The notes under the pieces: generated by a model | What the model saw: the letters and a program-made list of their open reading frames with translations, nothing else | Databases searched by the model: none | Told to the model about the DNA's origin: nothing | Position numbers and translations under genes: made by a program | Shown here: positions 46,138 through 55,984 of the stretch, in pieces | Position numbering within the stretch: the stretch's first letter is position 1 | Layout: each line of letters starts with the position of its first letter | From: an uncultured bacterium | GTDB lineage: Bacteria > Patescibacteriota > Minisyncoccia > Phycocordibacterales > GWA1-40-21 | Reading direction: 5' to 3' | DNA: 64,000 bases | NCBI GenBank assembly: GCA_963840885.1 | Contig: CAWJAN010000004.1 | Span: 47,984-111,983 of the forward strand

Positions 46138-48621
46138 TTATTTTCCATGGCAATTCTTGTATTTCTTACCAGATCCGCAAGGGCATGGGTCATTTCTTCC
46201 TACCTTGTCCTTTTTCTTTTCTGGAACTGATGAATTGTCGGATTTTCCTTCTCCGCCGGCTTCTTTCATTCCCTTTTGCGTCTGCTTAAGTTTATCCTCT
46301 TCTTTCTGAAAAGCTCCTGCGCCTATATGCGGCAAAAGCCTTAATATTTCTCCGTTTATAGCTTCCTGCATATCCTTGAAAAGCCTTAAGCCTTCTTTCT
46401 TGTATTCCACAAGCGGATCGCGTTGTCCGTAAGCGCGGAGATTTACGCTGCCGCGCAGATAATCCATCATCTCAAGATGATCGACCCAGAACATATCTAT
46501 TGCCTGAAGCATGAGTATCCTTGCGACCCTGTAAAATTCCGCTTCACCAAAAGCCGCCGTTTTATCAGCCACTATTTTCTGAGATTCCTCATCAAATGTG
46601 ATTTCCGCCAGTTTTTCTTTTATTTCTTCAGTGGAGCCGGAAAGTATTTTCCTTCTTCTTTCATAAATAGTTTTTCTCTGGAAATTCAGGACGTCGTCAT
46701 ACTCAAGCACCTGCTTTCTGGCATCGAAATTAAATCCCTCGATTTTCGTCTGTGCACTTTCAAGCGACCTGGTTATCATCGAGTTTTCTATCGGCTCGTC
46801 TTCCGGAATATTGAATCTCGTCATTATTTTCTTAACTGTATCTCCGGCAAAAACACGCATAAGAGTATCATCGAGCGAAACAAAAAATCTGGTCTCTCCA
46901 GGATCTCCCTGTCTTCCGGACCTTCCTCGGAGCTGGTTGTCTATCCTTCTTGCATCGTGCCTTTCGGTGCCATATACGCAAAGGCCGCCGAGAGATTTTA
47001 CTTTCTCGTATTCTTCCTTATCAAAAATCATTCCGCCGAGCTTGATATCCACGCCTCTGCCGGCCATATTGGTGGCAACGGTTACCGCGCCGAATTTTCC
47101 CGCGCCGGCGATTATTTCCCCTTCCTTCTCATGATTTTTTGCATTCAATACCTGGTGAGCAATTCCTTCCTTGTTCAGGTATTCCGAAAGCATCTCGTTT
47201 TTTTCTATGGAAACGGTTCCTATGAGCACCGGCTGTCCGGATTTATTTTTTTCTTTGACCATTCTTGCAAGGTCTTTGAACTTTCCTTTCTCCGTCTGGA
47301 AAATAAGGTCGTTCAAATCCTTTCTCATTGTCGGCTTATTGGTAGGCACAGGAGTGGTTTCCATATGATATACCTTGAAAAATTCTTCGCTTGAAGTCAT
47401 CGCGGTTCCCGTCATTCCGGCAAGCTTCTTGTATAATCTGAAATAATTCTGGTATGTGATGGAAGCATAAGTCCTAGATTCCTTCTGTATCTTGACCCCT
47501 TCTTTGGATTCTATCGCCTGATGCAATCCTTCAGACCATCTTCTCCCTGGCTGCAATCTTCCGGTAAATTCATCGACAATGACGACTTCCCCGTCTTTGA
47601 CCACATAATCTTTGTTCAGATGGAAAAGGGCTTTTGCACGGACAGCGGTTTCCAAATGATGCACGTATCTTATTCCGCCTTCCGTATATATGTTTTCGAC
47701 TCCCAAGGATTTTTCGGCCTTGTTTATTCCTTCGTCGGTGAGCTGCACGGCTTTGTGCTTTTCATCAACAGTATAATCAGTATTTTCCGCAAAATTCCTT
47801 ACTATCTTTGTGAATATTTCATAAAGCTGGCCGGAATCCGTGCTTGGCGCAGAAATAATAAGAGGAGTCCTGGCTTCGTCTATCAAAATGGAATCGACTT
47901 CGTCGACTACGGCAAAATTATATTCCCTCTGCCTGAGATTATTGATATTGTATTCTATATTGTCTCGCAGATAATCAAAACCGAATTCGTTGTTAGTTCC
48001 GTAAGTGATATCGGCTGCGTATGCTTCGTGCCTTGTGCAAGGCCTTAAAAATTCATGGACCACCTTAAAAGAACCGAGTGCGTCTCTTTCTTTGTCGAGC
48101 TCCGGCTCCTCTTTTGGAGGAATATGCGCCGGATCATACATATATGAAGCTTCATGATTTATGATTCCGACAGACAGACCTAAAAACTGATAAATCTGTC
48201 CCATCCAAACCGCATCTCTTCTCGAAAGATAATCGTTAACTGTGACCACATGAACTCCTTTTCCTTCTATCGCATTCAGATATGCCGGCAAAGTCGCCAC
48301 GAGAGTTTTTCCTTCTCCGGTTTTCATTTCAGAAATCCCTCCTTTGTGCATCAAGATTCCGCCGATAAGCTGCACATCGAAATGCCTTTGGCCCAGAGTC
48401 CTTTTCGATGCTTCCCGGACTGCGGCATATGCTTCCGGCAAAATATCATCAAGATTTTCTCCGTCAGCCATCCTTTTTCTGAATTCAACGGTTTTATTCT
48501 TCAGTTCGTCATTGGAAAGCCTGGAAATTTCAGCTTCAAAAGAGCCGATTTTCGATACTATCGGCTGCATCTCTTTTATGATTTTGGCGCTGCTGTCGCC
48601 GAAAATTTTGCTTAAAAACAT
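46138..48621 (-). CDS. secA: Preprotein translocase ATPase SecA
   Basis: DEAD-like motor (HFDVQLIGGILMHKGGISEMKTGEGKTLVATLPAYLNA; MAGRGVDIKLGG). The C-terminal zinc finger is CPCGSGKKYKNCHG. The start is set at MFLSKIFG. Confidence 0.9.
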   Translation of the reverse strand: MFLSKIFGDSSAKIIKEMQPIVSKIGSFEAEISRLSNDELKNKTVEFRKRMADGENLDDILPEAYAAVREASKRTLGQRHFDVQLIGGILMHKGGISEMKTGEGKTLVATLPAYLNAIEGKGVHVVTVNDYLSRRDAVWMGQIYQFLGLSVGIINHEASYMYDPAHIPPKEEPELDKERDALGSFKVVHEFLRPCTRHEAYAADITYGTNNEFGFDYLRDNIEYNINNLRQREYNFAVVDEVDSILIDEARTPLIISAPSTDSGQLYEIFTKIVRNFAENTDYTVDEKHKAVQLTDEGINKAEKSLGVENIYTEGGIRYVHHLETAVRAKALFHLNKDYVVKDGEVVIVDEFTGRLQPGRRWSEGLHQAIESKEGVKIQKESRTYASITYQNYFRLYKKLAGMTGTAMTSSEEFFKVYHMETTPVPTNKPTMRKDLNDLIFQTEKGKFKDLARMVKEKNKSGQPVLIGTVSIEKNEMLSEYLNKEGIAHQVLNAKNHEKEGEIIAGAGKFGAVTVATNMAGRGVDIKLGGMIFDKEEYEKVKSLGGLCVYGTERHDARRIDNQLRGRSGRQGDPGETRFFVSLDDTLMRVFAGDTVKKIMTRFNIPEDEPIENSMITRSLESAQTKIEGFNFDARKQVLEYDDVLNFQRKTIYERRRKILSGSTEEIKEKLAEITFDEESQKIVADKTAAFGEAEFYRVARILMLQAIDMFWVDHLEMMDYLRGSVNLRAYGQRDPLVEYKKEGLRLFKDMQEAINGEILRLLPHIGAGAFQKEEDKLKQTQKGMKEAGGEGKSDNSSVPEKKKDKVGRNDPCPCGSGKKYKNCHGK

Positions 48622-48704
48622 GAAATGTATAATAGCATAAAAAACCGGCTTTTCCATATAAAAAACGGCGCTTTTACCGCGCCGTTTTTCAAAAGAGATA
48701 AGGC

Positions 48705-48797
48705 CTATCTTCTGGATTTTTTTGCTTTCTTTGCTTTGGATTTAGTTTTCTTTGCCTTCTTCATTTTTTTCATTTTCTTCATTTTCTTTTTAGCCAT
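48705..48797 (-). CDS. Possible 30-aa lysine-rich peptide (MAKKKMKKMKKMKKAKKTKSKAKKAKKSRR)
   Basis: ORF upstream of secA on the same strand. A hairpin terminator follows at 48661-48690. No SD is visible. Confidence 0.2.
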   Translation of the reverse strand: MAKKKMKKMKKMKKAKKTKSKAKKAKKSRR

Positions 48798-49275
48798 TTT
48801 TGCTGTTCCGGACTGCAAGGAGTAAACGGCATATCCGGAAAAAATTATTTTTATTAAATGAGTAGCTTATCGACCAAGTTTGAAAACTTAAACCTACTGC
48901 TGTAAATAATTTTATCCCTAAGAAAAAATATTACAATGATTTTTTAATAAAAATGTTGATAACTTTTTTAAAAATAAAATAATTTTTCCGGCATTTTTTG
49001 TTTTTTAAAAAATAAAAACCGCCGCTATGCGGCGATTTTGGTTCCTTCCATTTAAGGCCGGCGAGGACTAACTCCATAAACAATATCTTTTTATGAGCGC
49101 AATCGCCGGCCATAAATAGAAATAACCTCCGTATAATTGTAAAACAACGATTAAAATTTGACAACATAAAACCCCGCGAAGCGGGGTGATATGCAAGACA
49201 TTGTTTTGAGTGAGTCAACTTGTTAACTCACGCTCACGCAAAAAGTATATCATATTACTAGGTAAAAAGCAAGTT

Positions 49276-51420
49276 TTATTTGAGTGTGCCGTTCAAAATG
49301 CCGGTTATTATCTGCTGGCCTTGGTCTTTGAATCCTGAATTCGCTTGTATTGCGCTGTTTATTTCTGCAATAGCTGACGACTTATCGCCTTTTTGTATGT
49401 CAGCTTCCGCCATTATAAGATACACTCTTACGAATATGTCATTCGACATACCTTCGCCTGCCATAAGTTCTTTAGCTGCATTTATCTGGCCGTTCAATAT
49501 CATCATTGCTGCATAATACTGCTTGGCATCATCAAAGCTATTTTCTTCATCGTATGCCTGCTTGGCCGTTGCAAGAGCTTTATCGTTTTGCCCGGCATAT
49601 GCATAATTTTTCGCAAGCTCCAAAAGCATGGTCTGTTTTGTCGGGGAATATTCCACAGCCTTTTCAAGAAATGGTGTAGCCTGGCTGAACTGATTTATAT
49701 TATCCAGGAATACTCCCGCAAAAAACTGGTATCTTGCATCAAGCGGAGTCTGGCTGATCTGATTTTGGATTTCATCGTATGCCAAGTTTGCAAAATCCTG
49801 CTTTACTTGGGTGTCGGCCTGGGACTGAACCACTTGCGGAGCTATGTTCAGTATCTGCTCCCTTATTTCCGCATTGCCGAAAGTATTGTAGGAAAGAGCC
49901 TGATTGAAATAATCCAGATTTTTGGAAGGGCCTTCAGGATAGCTCTGCAGAGCCTGTATGAGGGTCGTATTTGCTTCTATCGGCTTTATGTTTACAAAAT
50001 ATAATGCAGTAAATAAAATAACCAGAAGTATCGGCGCTATTATGTAGTTTGCGACTTCGCTATTTGTAATCTTCGGATTTTCTTTAGGTTTGCCCGATTG
50101 CGCTGGCATGCCCGCTTCCCTGCTTTCCGCGTCTTTTGCGTAAATATAAGCGAGTATCATGAAGAAATAGAAGTAGCTGGTAAGATTGTCGAAAACGAAA
50201 AGATTCTGGGCGAAATACGCGGCAAGCAAGCCGAGAATTATAGCTGCATCAATAACGCCGAACTTACCTCTCTTTTTCCAAAGTATCAAAACTGCAGCTA
50301 AGAAAATTAAAAGATAAGCCAGGAGCCCCAGAATTCCTCCTGCAACGAGAATATCGAGCGGCGTATCATGAGCCCTGTCAAACCATTGTTCCTGGTCATA
50401 CATTCTTGGATCGTAGTATTTGTTGAATACGTAATTGAATCCTTCCTGTCCCCAGCCTAAAATAGGTTTTTCTTCGGCTCCTTTTATGGCCATCGGCCAT
50501 ACGTATTGCCTTGCCTGTCCTTGTCCGGCAACATCGTTCCAGGAAATTTCAGCCAGCCTTTGCAGCGTATCGCTTTTTTGCACTAGGCTTGTATTTTTAA
50601 TGGCAAAGAATCCTCCTATAATCAGTGCTATGAAAACGAGAACGGCGACAGATGATTTTTTCATAAACCCGTCTCTTTTTTCGAAAATAGCCACGGCAAT
50701 GCAAGTTATCACAAGTCCGCCCAAAAGACCGAGGATAACGCCTCTAGTGCCTGTTCTCCATATATCGAAAAAGAAAAGTACCGATAAGATTATATAAGCA
50801 TAAAAAAGCCAATTTTTGAAAATTTTTATTCCTCTTTTTGTCTCGCCCATGCTTTTTACTATGACATCCTTATAAAGAAGCAGGAGCGCCAGAAAGAAAT
50901 TGAAAAGGAAATATACTGCTACGTATATTGCATTTCCCAGATTCACATCGACTCTTGCTGCACCAGTGGTAAGCCATTGGTTTATGACATAAAAGCTCAT
51001 TATGAGAGCGGCAAAAACTGAGCTTCTGAAAAACCAGAGCCAAAGCTTTTCAGTATTCATGACGGAAGCAAAAACGAGAAGGTACATAAGAAGATGTATC
51101 TGGGTCACCCAGCCGTCCATCCTTTCAAAATTGCTCCAAAGAGCTTTCATAGGGTTTACAGCGTGTATGTCGGCAATGAGCATTATACCTACAAATGCAG
51201 CAACAGAAACAAGTATCCAGGAAAATTTCGGCCTGTATTTGGGATTTACATAAGCAAGATACACCCACAGGGTAAAAATTATTTCAACTATTATCCTGAA
51301 AGCGAAATTCTTTCCGGTAATAAACGGGAAGAACATCGTATTGGCCACAAAAAATGGGATGATGAGTATCGACCAGAGACCTGTAAGAATCGTGTATTTG
51401 ATTATTTTGTTTTCTTTCAT
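49276..51420 (-). CDS. O-antigen ligase/polymerase-like (Wzy_C) membrane protein with a C-terminal TPR domain
   Basis: ~11 TM helices. The Wzy_C-type motif is RAHDTPLDILVAGGILGLLAY. The C-terminal ~250 aa are TPR-like repeats (YNTFGNAEIREQ..; AYAGQNDKALATAKQAYDEE..). Confidence 0.6.
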   Translation of the reverse strand: MKENKIIKYTILTGLWSILIIPFFVANTMFFPFITGKNFAFRIIVEIIFTLWVYLAYVNPKYRPKFSWILVSVAAFVGIMLIADIHAVNPMKALWSNFERMDGWVTQIHLLMYLLVFASVMNTEKLWLWFFRSSVFAALIMSFYVINQWLTTGAARVDVNLGNAIYVAVYFLFNFFLALLLLYKDVIVKSMGETKRGIKIFKNWLFYAYIILSVLFFFDIWRTGTRGVILGLLGGLVITCIAVAIFEKRDGFMKKSSVAVLVFIALIIGGFFAIKNTSLVQKSDTLQRLAEISWNDVAGQGQARQYVWPMAIKGAEEKPILGWGQEGFNYVFNKYYDPRMYDQEQWFDRAHDTPLDILVAGGILGLLAYLLIFLAAVLILWKKRGKFGVIDAAIILGLLAAYFAQNLFVFDNLTSYFYFFMILAYIYAKDAESREAGMPAQSGKPKENPKITNSEVANYIIAPILLVILFTALYFVNIKPIEANTTLIQALQSYPEGPSKNLDYFNQALSYNTFGNAEIREQILNIAPQVVQSQADTQVKQDFANLAYDEIQNQISQTPLDARYQFFAGVFLDNINQFSQATPFLEKAVEYSPTKQTMLLELAKNYAYAGQNDKALATAKQAYDEENSFDDAKQYYAAMMILNGQINAAKELMAGEGMSNDIFVRVYLIMAEADIQKGDKSSAIAEINSAIQANSGFKDQGQQIITGILNGTLK

Positions 51421-51529
51421 AAAAATTATTATTTAAAATTAAGCTTTTCGATTATAACATAAAGATAGTTTCGCGCTAACCGAAAAAATGCTAATATTCA
51501 GGCTGAAAAATATAGATTATTTACCAACC

Positions 51530-52540
51530 ATGGCCATCAACCCAAAAGACATCAGCGTCATCATCCGCGGACTAATCGTAGGCAGCAATGATACTGATAA
51601 AAATAAGCAGTTCACGAAGCGGAGCTTGGCAAGCGTGAGAAAATACTTGCCTGGCGCGCAGATCATTGTATCTACATGGAAAGGACAGGAAACTTCCGGG
51701 TTGGACTGCGATGTTTTGATCGAGAGTGAAGAACCTGGCGTAATAGACATGATATCCAGGACTAATACTCTTTTTAAAGTTTCAACAAACAACCAGATTG
51801 TTTCCACACAAAAAGGCCTGGAAAAAGCCGATCGGAAATATTGCATCATTATGCGCACCGATATCGTGCTCTCTGGTGCAGGATTTATGAAATACTTTGA
51901 GAAATTCAATCGTGCGCCATCGTGCGGATTTGTCGAAAAAAAAGTTGTTGTATTGCCGACATTTAATGGACGTAAAAGACGGGATGTGCTTTTTGGCCCA
52001 GCCGACTGGTTCTTCTTTGGCCTGACAAAAGATATAAAGAATATCTTCGATATCCCACTTATGGATACGGCGAAGCTGGCAGGACCGAAAATAAACGATC
52101 ATTATGTCATCGGAAACAATTTCAACTGCGAATCTTATATCTGGACGAATTTCTTGAAAAAATACCAGGATTTTTATTTTCCTAACAGGAATTATTTTTC
52201 GGAAGAGGCGCTCGCGTTATCCGAAAAATCATACGCACAAAATCTGATTATGCTGCCGGCAAAAAAAGCGACGATTGGCTGCCTCAAGTTTCCACATATA
52301 GAATACGCTGCAGAACCATGGTCAAGTCAAGATCTGTATACTTTCAATGAATATAAGAAAATGTATAACAAATACAATATGGACAAGATTTTCATTATTC
52401 CAAATATTCTAGATGGTCTGGGCTCCAGGCTTATTATATGGGGGCGAAAAGTAATTCAAAAAATATTGCCGATCACATATAAAAAGATTGTGAACAGTAT
52501 CCGGACCAAACGGAAAAATTCATTCAATATAACAAAATAA
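51530..52540 (+). CDS. Tandem paralog 1 of 2: uncharacterised polysaccharide-locus protein (possibly a WavE-like glycan biosynthesis protein, unverified)
   Basis: INPKDISVIIRGLIVGSNDTDKNKQFTKRSLASVRKYLPGAQIIVSTWKGQETSGLDCDVLIESEEP... The first ~62 codons are nucleotide-identical to the downstream gene. The start is at the ATG at 51530. Confidence 0.5.
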   Translation: MAINPKDISVIIRGLIVGSNDTDKNKQFTKRSLASVRKYLPGAQIIVSTWKGQETSGLDCDVLIESEEPGVIDMISRTNTLFKVSTNNQIVSTQKGLEKADRKYCIIMRTDIVLSGAGFMKYFEKFNRAPSCGFVEKKVVVLPTFNGRKRRDVLFGPADWFFFGLTKDIKNIFDIPLMDTAKLAGPKINDHYVIGNNFNCESYIWTNFLKKYQDFYFPNRNYFSEEALALSEKSYAQNLIMLPAKKATIGCLKFPHIEYAAEPWSSQDLYTFNEYKKMYNKYNMDKIFIIPNILDGLGSRLIIWGRKVIQKILPITYKKIVNSIRTKRKNSFNITK

Positions 52541-52543
52541 AAA

Positions 52544-53566
52544 ATGAATATATTTCAATCATCCATCAACCCAAAAGACATCAGCGTCATCATCCGCGGA
52601 CTAATCGTAGGCAGCAATGATACTGATAAAAATAAGCAGTTCACGAAGCGGAGCTTGGCAAGCGTGAGAAAATACTTGCCTGGCGCGCAGATCATTGTAT
52701 CTACATGGAAAGGACAGGAAACTTCCGGGTTGGACTGCGATGTTTTGATCGTAAACGAGGAGCCACCAAGAATTGATATGGTAGGTTCTAGTGGTTTGCT
52801 TGACCGCGTGACGGCCGATAACCAGATCCTTTCGACTCAAAAAGCTCTCGAAAAAATTGATAGGAAATATTGCATAGTCATGCGAACAGATATCCTATTT
52901 TCTGGCACCGGATTCATCAAGTATTTTGAATGGTTCAACCGTGGGACATCTTGTGGATTTGTTAAGAAAAAGATAGTCGTTTTACCTACATATAATCCAA
53001 GGAAAACCACAAAAATATTGTTTGATCCTGCTGACTGGTTCTTCTTTGGCCTTGATGAAGACATACGTAATATTTTTAATATCCCCTTGATGCATACCAT
53101 GCCTCTGGCAGGCCCAAAAATAGATGGGCACTATCTTTTTAAGAACAATTTTGGCTGCGAATCGTATCTTTGGACGAATTTCTTGAAAAAATACCAGGAT
53201 TTTTATTTTCCGAATTGGACATATTTTTCGGAAGAAGCGTTTACTTTGTCCGAAAAATCATATGCTCAGAATTTAATTATGGTTCCGGCAAACCGAGCCA
53301 ATATCACCTGTTTGAAAATGCCTAGCGCCGGATACGGTGCCCGTCCATGGCTCAGTCAGGGATTATATACGTTCCATGATTACAAAAAAATGTACAACAA
53401 ATACAATACGGACAAAGTATTAGCCATTCCCAACCCTCTGGAATCTATCGCCTATTGGTTCGCACTGAATATTCGTTTCCTGATAAAAAAATATACTCCC
53501 GTCATTTATAAAAGTATCGTTAATAAGATCCGCAAAATGCATGGGAGCTTTAATTTGCTGAAATAG
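52544..53566 (+). CDS. Tandem paralog 2 of 2: uncharacterised polysaccharide-locus protein
   Basis: Same family as 51530..52540. It is identical over 52564-52750 and ~55-60% identical in protein thereafter. Confidence 0.5.
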   Translation: MNIFQSSINPKDISVIIRGLIVGSNDTDKNKQFTKRSLASVRKYLPGAQIIVSTWKGQETSGLDCDVLIVNEEPPRIDMVGSSGLLDRVTADNQILSTQKALEKIDRKYCIVMRTDILFSGTGFIKYFEWFNRGTSCGFVKKKIVVLPTYNPRKTTKILFDPADWFFFGLDEDIRNIFNIPLMHTMPLAGPKIDGHYLFKNNFGCESYLWTNFLKKYQDFYFPNWTYFSEEAFTLSEKSYAQNLIMVPANRANITCLKMPSAGYGARPWLSQGLYTFHDYKKMYNKYNTDKVLAIPNPLESIAYWFALNIRFLIKKYTPVIYKSIVNKIRKMHGSFNLLK

Positions 53567-53676
53567 CCAGATAAAAATAAAAAATAATTATGTATCAAGC
53601 ATGTATTGCTGATTTCTGAATCACTTCCTGTTAAAGCACAAAAATGCTAATCTACTTATTAACATAATAATTTTTT

Positions 53677-54960
53677 ATGGAGCTATCGATACCATATCTT
53701 AAATCAAAATGGCGCGATTCCGGATTTCAAAAGTATTTTCGCAATACCAGCTGGATGCTCTTTGGGCAGGCATCAATGGTCATTTCCCTGATTGTCAATA
53801 TATGGCTCGCCAGATATCTCGGTCCGACCAATTACGGAACTTTAAGCTATGTCCTCGCGTTTGGCGGCATATTCGGCTTTATCGCCGGACTTGGCATGAA
53901 TGATGTACTGGTGCGCGAACTGGTCCGCTATCCGGAAAAACGTGACAAGCTTTTAGGCAGTGCTTTTGGTCTTTTGAGTGTAACTGGTGTAATCGCCTTT
54001 CTCTGTGTCATCGGTTCTGCTTTTTTATTCGAACCGACAGGGCTCGTACGAACCCTTATCATACTCTATGGAACCGTCTTTCTTTTTTCACCGACGAGCG
54101 CCATTCTGGCATATTTCCAAGCTACCGTACAAGGACGCAGAAACGCCATTGTACAGATCTCAAGCGTCCTGGCTGTCGCCTGTGTAAAAGTCGCGCTTAT
54201 ACTGCTTCATAAAGGCATCGTATGGCTCATATTCGCTTTCATACTTGATATCGTAGTCGGCTCGATTATGTATATTGTAAATTACCGAGCAAGCGGCCTC
54301 AGCATGTACCAATGGACATTCGATAGGAATATAGCGAAAGCGCTCTTTATTGGATCTATATTTCTTATGCTATCCGCTGTCACATCATATTTCTTTTTGC
54401 GTATAGACCAGATCATGATCAGATTCTATCTTGGCGATACCGCCGTAGGTTTTTATGCCGCAGCCGTCAAGCTTTCTGAAATATGGTACTTCATTCCCGG
54501 AATCATATGCGCCTCAATCTTCCCTGCCATCATCAATGCTAAAAAGGTTAGTGAGGAACTCTATAAAAAACGCCTGTGGAAATTGTATGCATTCCTGGGC
54601 GGCAGCGCGCTTTTGATCGCCGTGCCAATAACATTTTTAGCTCCATGGCTCATCAGTATTCTATTCGGGAGTACATATGCGACCGCCGCGCCAATTCTAG
54701 CGATCTATATCTGGTCTGGGATCGGTCTCTTTCTCGATACCGGGCTTGATAGATATTTTACGACTGAAAACCGCCTCTTACTAGTATTCCTATACAATCT
54801 GCTTGCCGCAACAACAAATGTTATTCTTAACATCATACTCATTCCGCGAATCGGCATTACTGGCGCAGCTTGGGCGACGTTGATATCTTATTCGCTATAT
54901 CCGATTTTCGCCTTTACTATCCATTTGCGAGGATTGTATACGAACGCATATGTTGAATAA
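53677..54960 (+). CDS. wzx: Polysaccharide/oligosaccharide flippase (Wzx, MOP superfamily)
   Basis: 12-14 TM helices. The N-terminus ..FRNTSWMLFGQASMVISLIVNIWLARYLGPTNYGTLSYVLAFG.. is typical of Wzx/PST-family transporters. Confidence 0.7.
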   Translation: MELSIPYLKSKWRDSGFQKYFRNTSWMLFGQASMVISLIVNIWLARYLGPTNYGTLSYVLAFGGIFGFIAGLGMNDVLVRELVRYPEKRDKLLGSAFGLLSVTGVIAFLCVIGSAFLFEPTGLVRTLIILYGTVFLFSPTSAILAYFQATVQGRRNAIVQISSVLAVACVKVALILLHKGIVWLIFAFILDIVVGSIMYIVNYRASGLSMYQWTFDRNIAKALFIGSIFLMLSAVTSYFFLRIDQIMIRFYLGDTAVGFYAAAVKLSEIWYFIPGIICASIFPAIINAKKVSEELYKKRLWKLYAFLGGSALLIAVPITFLAPWLISILFGSTYATAAPILAIYIWSGIGLFLDTGLDRYFTTENRLLLVFLYNLLAATTNVILNIILIPRIGITGAAWATLISYSLYPIFAFTIHLRGLYTNAYVE

Positions 54961-55018
54961 AAGCTGTCTTGATATTGCCGAATAACGATGTTATCAATAC
55001 ATATACTATAAAATAGGA

Positions 55019-55642
55019 ATGATGAAAGAAAATAAAAAATATAAGGCAATAATTTTCGATCTCGACGGTGTTCTGGTAAATATGCCAAATGGCCATTATG
55101 AGGCATTGAATAATGCTTTAGCCTTATTCGGCGCAAAAATAAATGAAGACGAGCATTTTGATTTTTTTAACGGCCTTCCGACAAAGAAGAAGCTTGAAGA
55201 ATTGGAAAGGCAAAAAAGACTCCCTTCAGGACTTATAGAATTCATAAACGAGATCAAGCAGGATTATACAAAAGAAATCATACCGAAATACTGCAAACCG
55301 GATTATTCAAAAATAATCTTACTTAAGCAATTAAAGTCTAATGATTTTAAATTAGGGTGCTGTTCTAATTCTATAAAAGAAACTCTGCATTTGATGTTAA
55401 AATCCGCGAATATATTTGATTATTTCGACATAATAATCGGCAATGATGAAGTAAAAAATCCTAAACCACATCCCGAGATATATATAAAGTCATTTGAAGC
55501 CCTAGGGGTACAACCTGAGGAATGTATAATAGTTGAAGATTCCCAGCATGGTATTGTAAGCGCAAAAGCAAGCGGAGCGACAGTATACGAAGTAAAGGGT
55601 GTTGATGATGTTAATCTTTCGTTATTCACAAAAATATTGTAA
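55019..55642 (+). CDS. HAD-IA family hydrolase (beta-phosphoglucomutase/phosphatase-like)
   Basis: Motif I AIIFDLDGVLV. A cap domain and the C-terminal motifs (..GCCSNS.., ..IVEDSQHG..) are present. Confidence 0.7.
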   Translation: MMKENKKYKAIIFDLDGVLVNMPNGHYEALNNALALFGAKINEDEHFDFFNGLPTKKKLEELERQKRLPSGLIEFINEIKQDYTKEIIPKYCKPDYSKIILLKQLKSNDFKLGCCSNSIKETLHLMLKSANIFDYFDIIIGNDEVKNPKPHPEIYIKSFEALGVQPEECIIVEDSQHGIVSAKASGATVYEVKGVDDVNLSLFTKIL

Positions 55643-55645
55643 AAA

Positions 55646-55966
55646 ATGAAAAAATATAATTTAAATCAATTTACTCGGGGGTGGATTATTGGCGATTTTA
55701 CGCCCAGCATCATTCGTACAAAAGATTTCGAGTTTATGGTCAGGCATTACAAAAAAGGAGAAAAAGAGAAAAAGCATGTCCATAATAAAGCAGATGAAAT
55801 TACAGTCATTGTGGATGGTACTTTTCTAATGAATAATGAGAAATTGACTGACGGTGATATAATTCATCTGTCTCCAGGAGAACCGACAGATTTTGAATGC
55901 TTGGAAGACGGGACTACAGCAGTTATAAAAACACCTTCAGTAATCGGAGATAAATATGTTTTATAA
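55646..55966 (+). CDS. Small cupin-fold protein
   Basis: 106 aa with a cupin-like His/Glu beta-barrel pattern (HVHNKADEITVIVDG...GDIIHLSPGEP). The assignment is tentative. Confidence 0.35.
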   Translation: MKKYNLNQFTRGWIIGDFTPSIIRTKDFEFMVRHYKKGEKEKKHVHNKADEITVIVDGTFLMNNEKLTDGDIIHLSPGEPTDFECLEDGTTAVIKTPSVIGDKYVL

Positions 55967-55984
55967 ATTAATAATATAAAAAAT

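Noticed and set aside
46423-47394. 323-aa plus-strand ORF antisense to secA
   Set aside because: It is antisense to the strongly conserved SecA motor domain and has no independent motif.
48931-49218. 95-aa minus-strand ORF in the long secA-upstream intergenic region
   Set aside because: It reads through two terminator-like hairpins and has no convincing start context or composition. It is kept only as part of the non-coding region finding.
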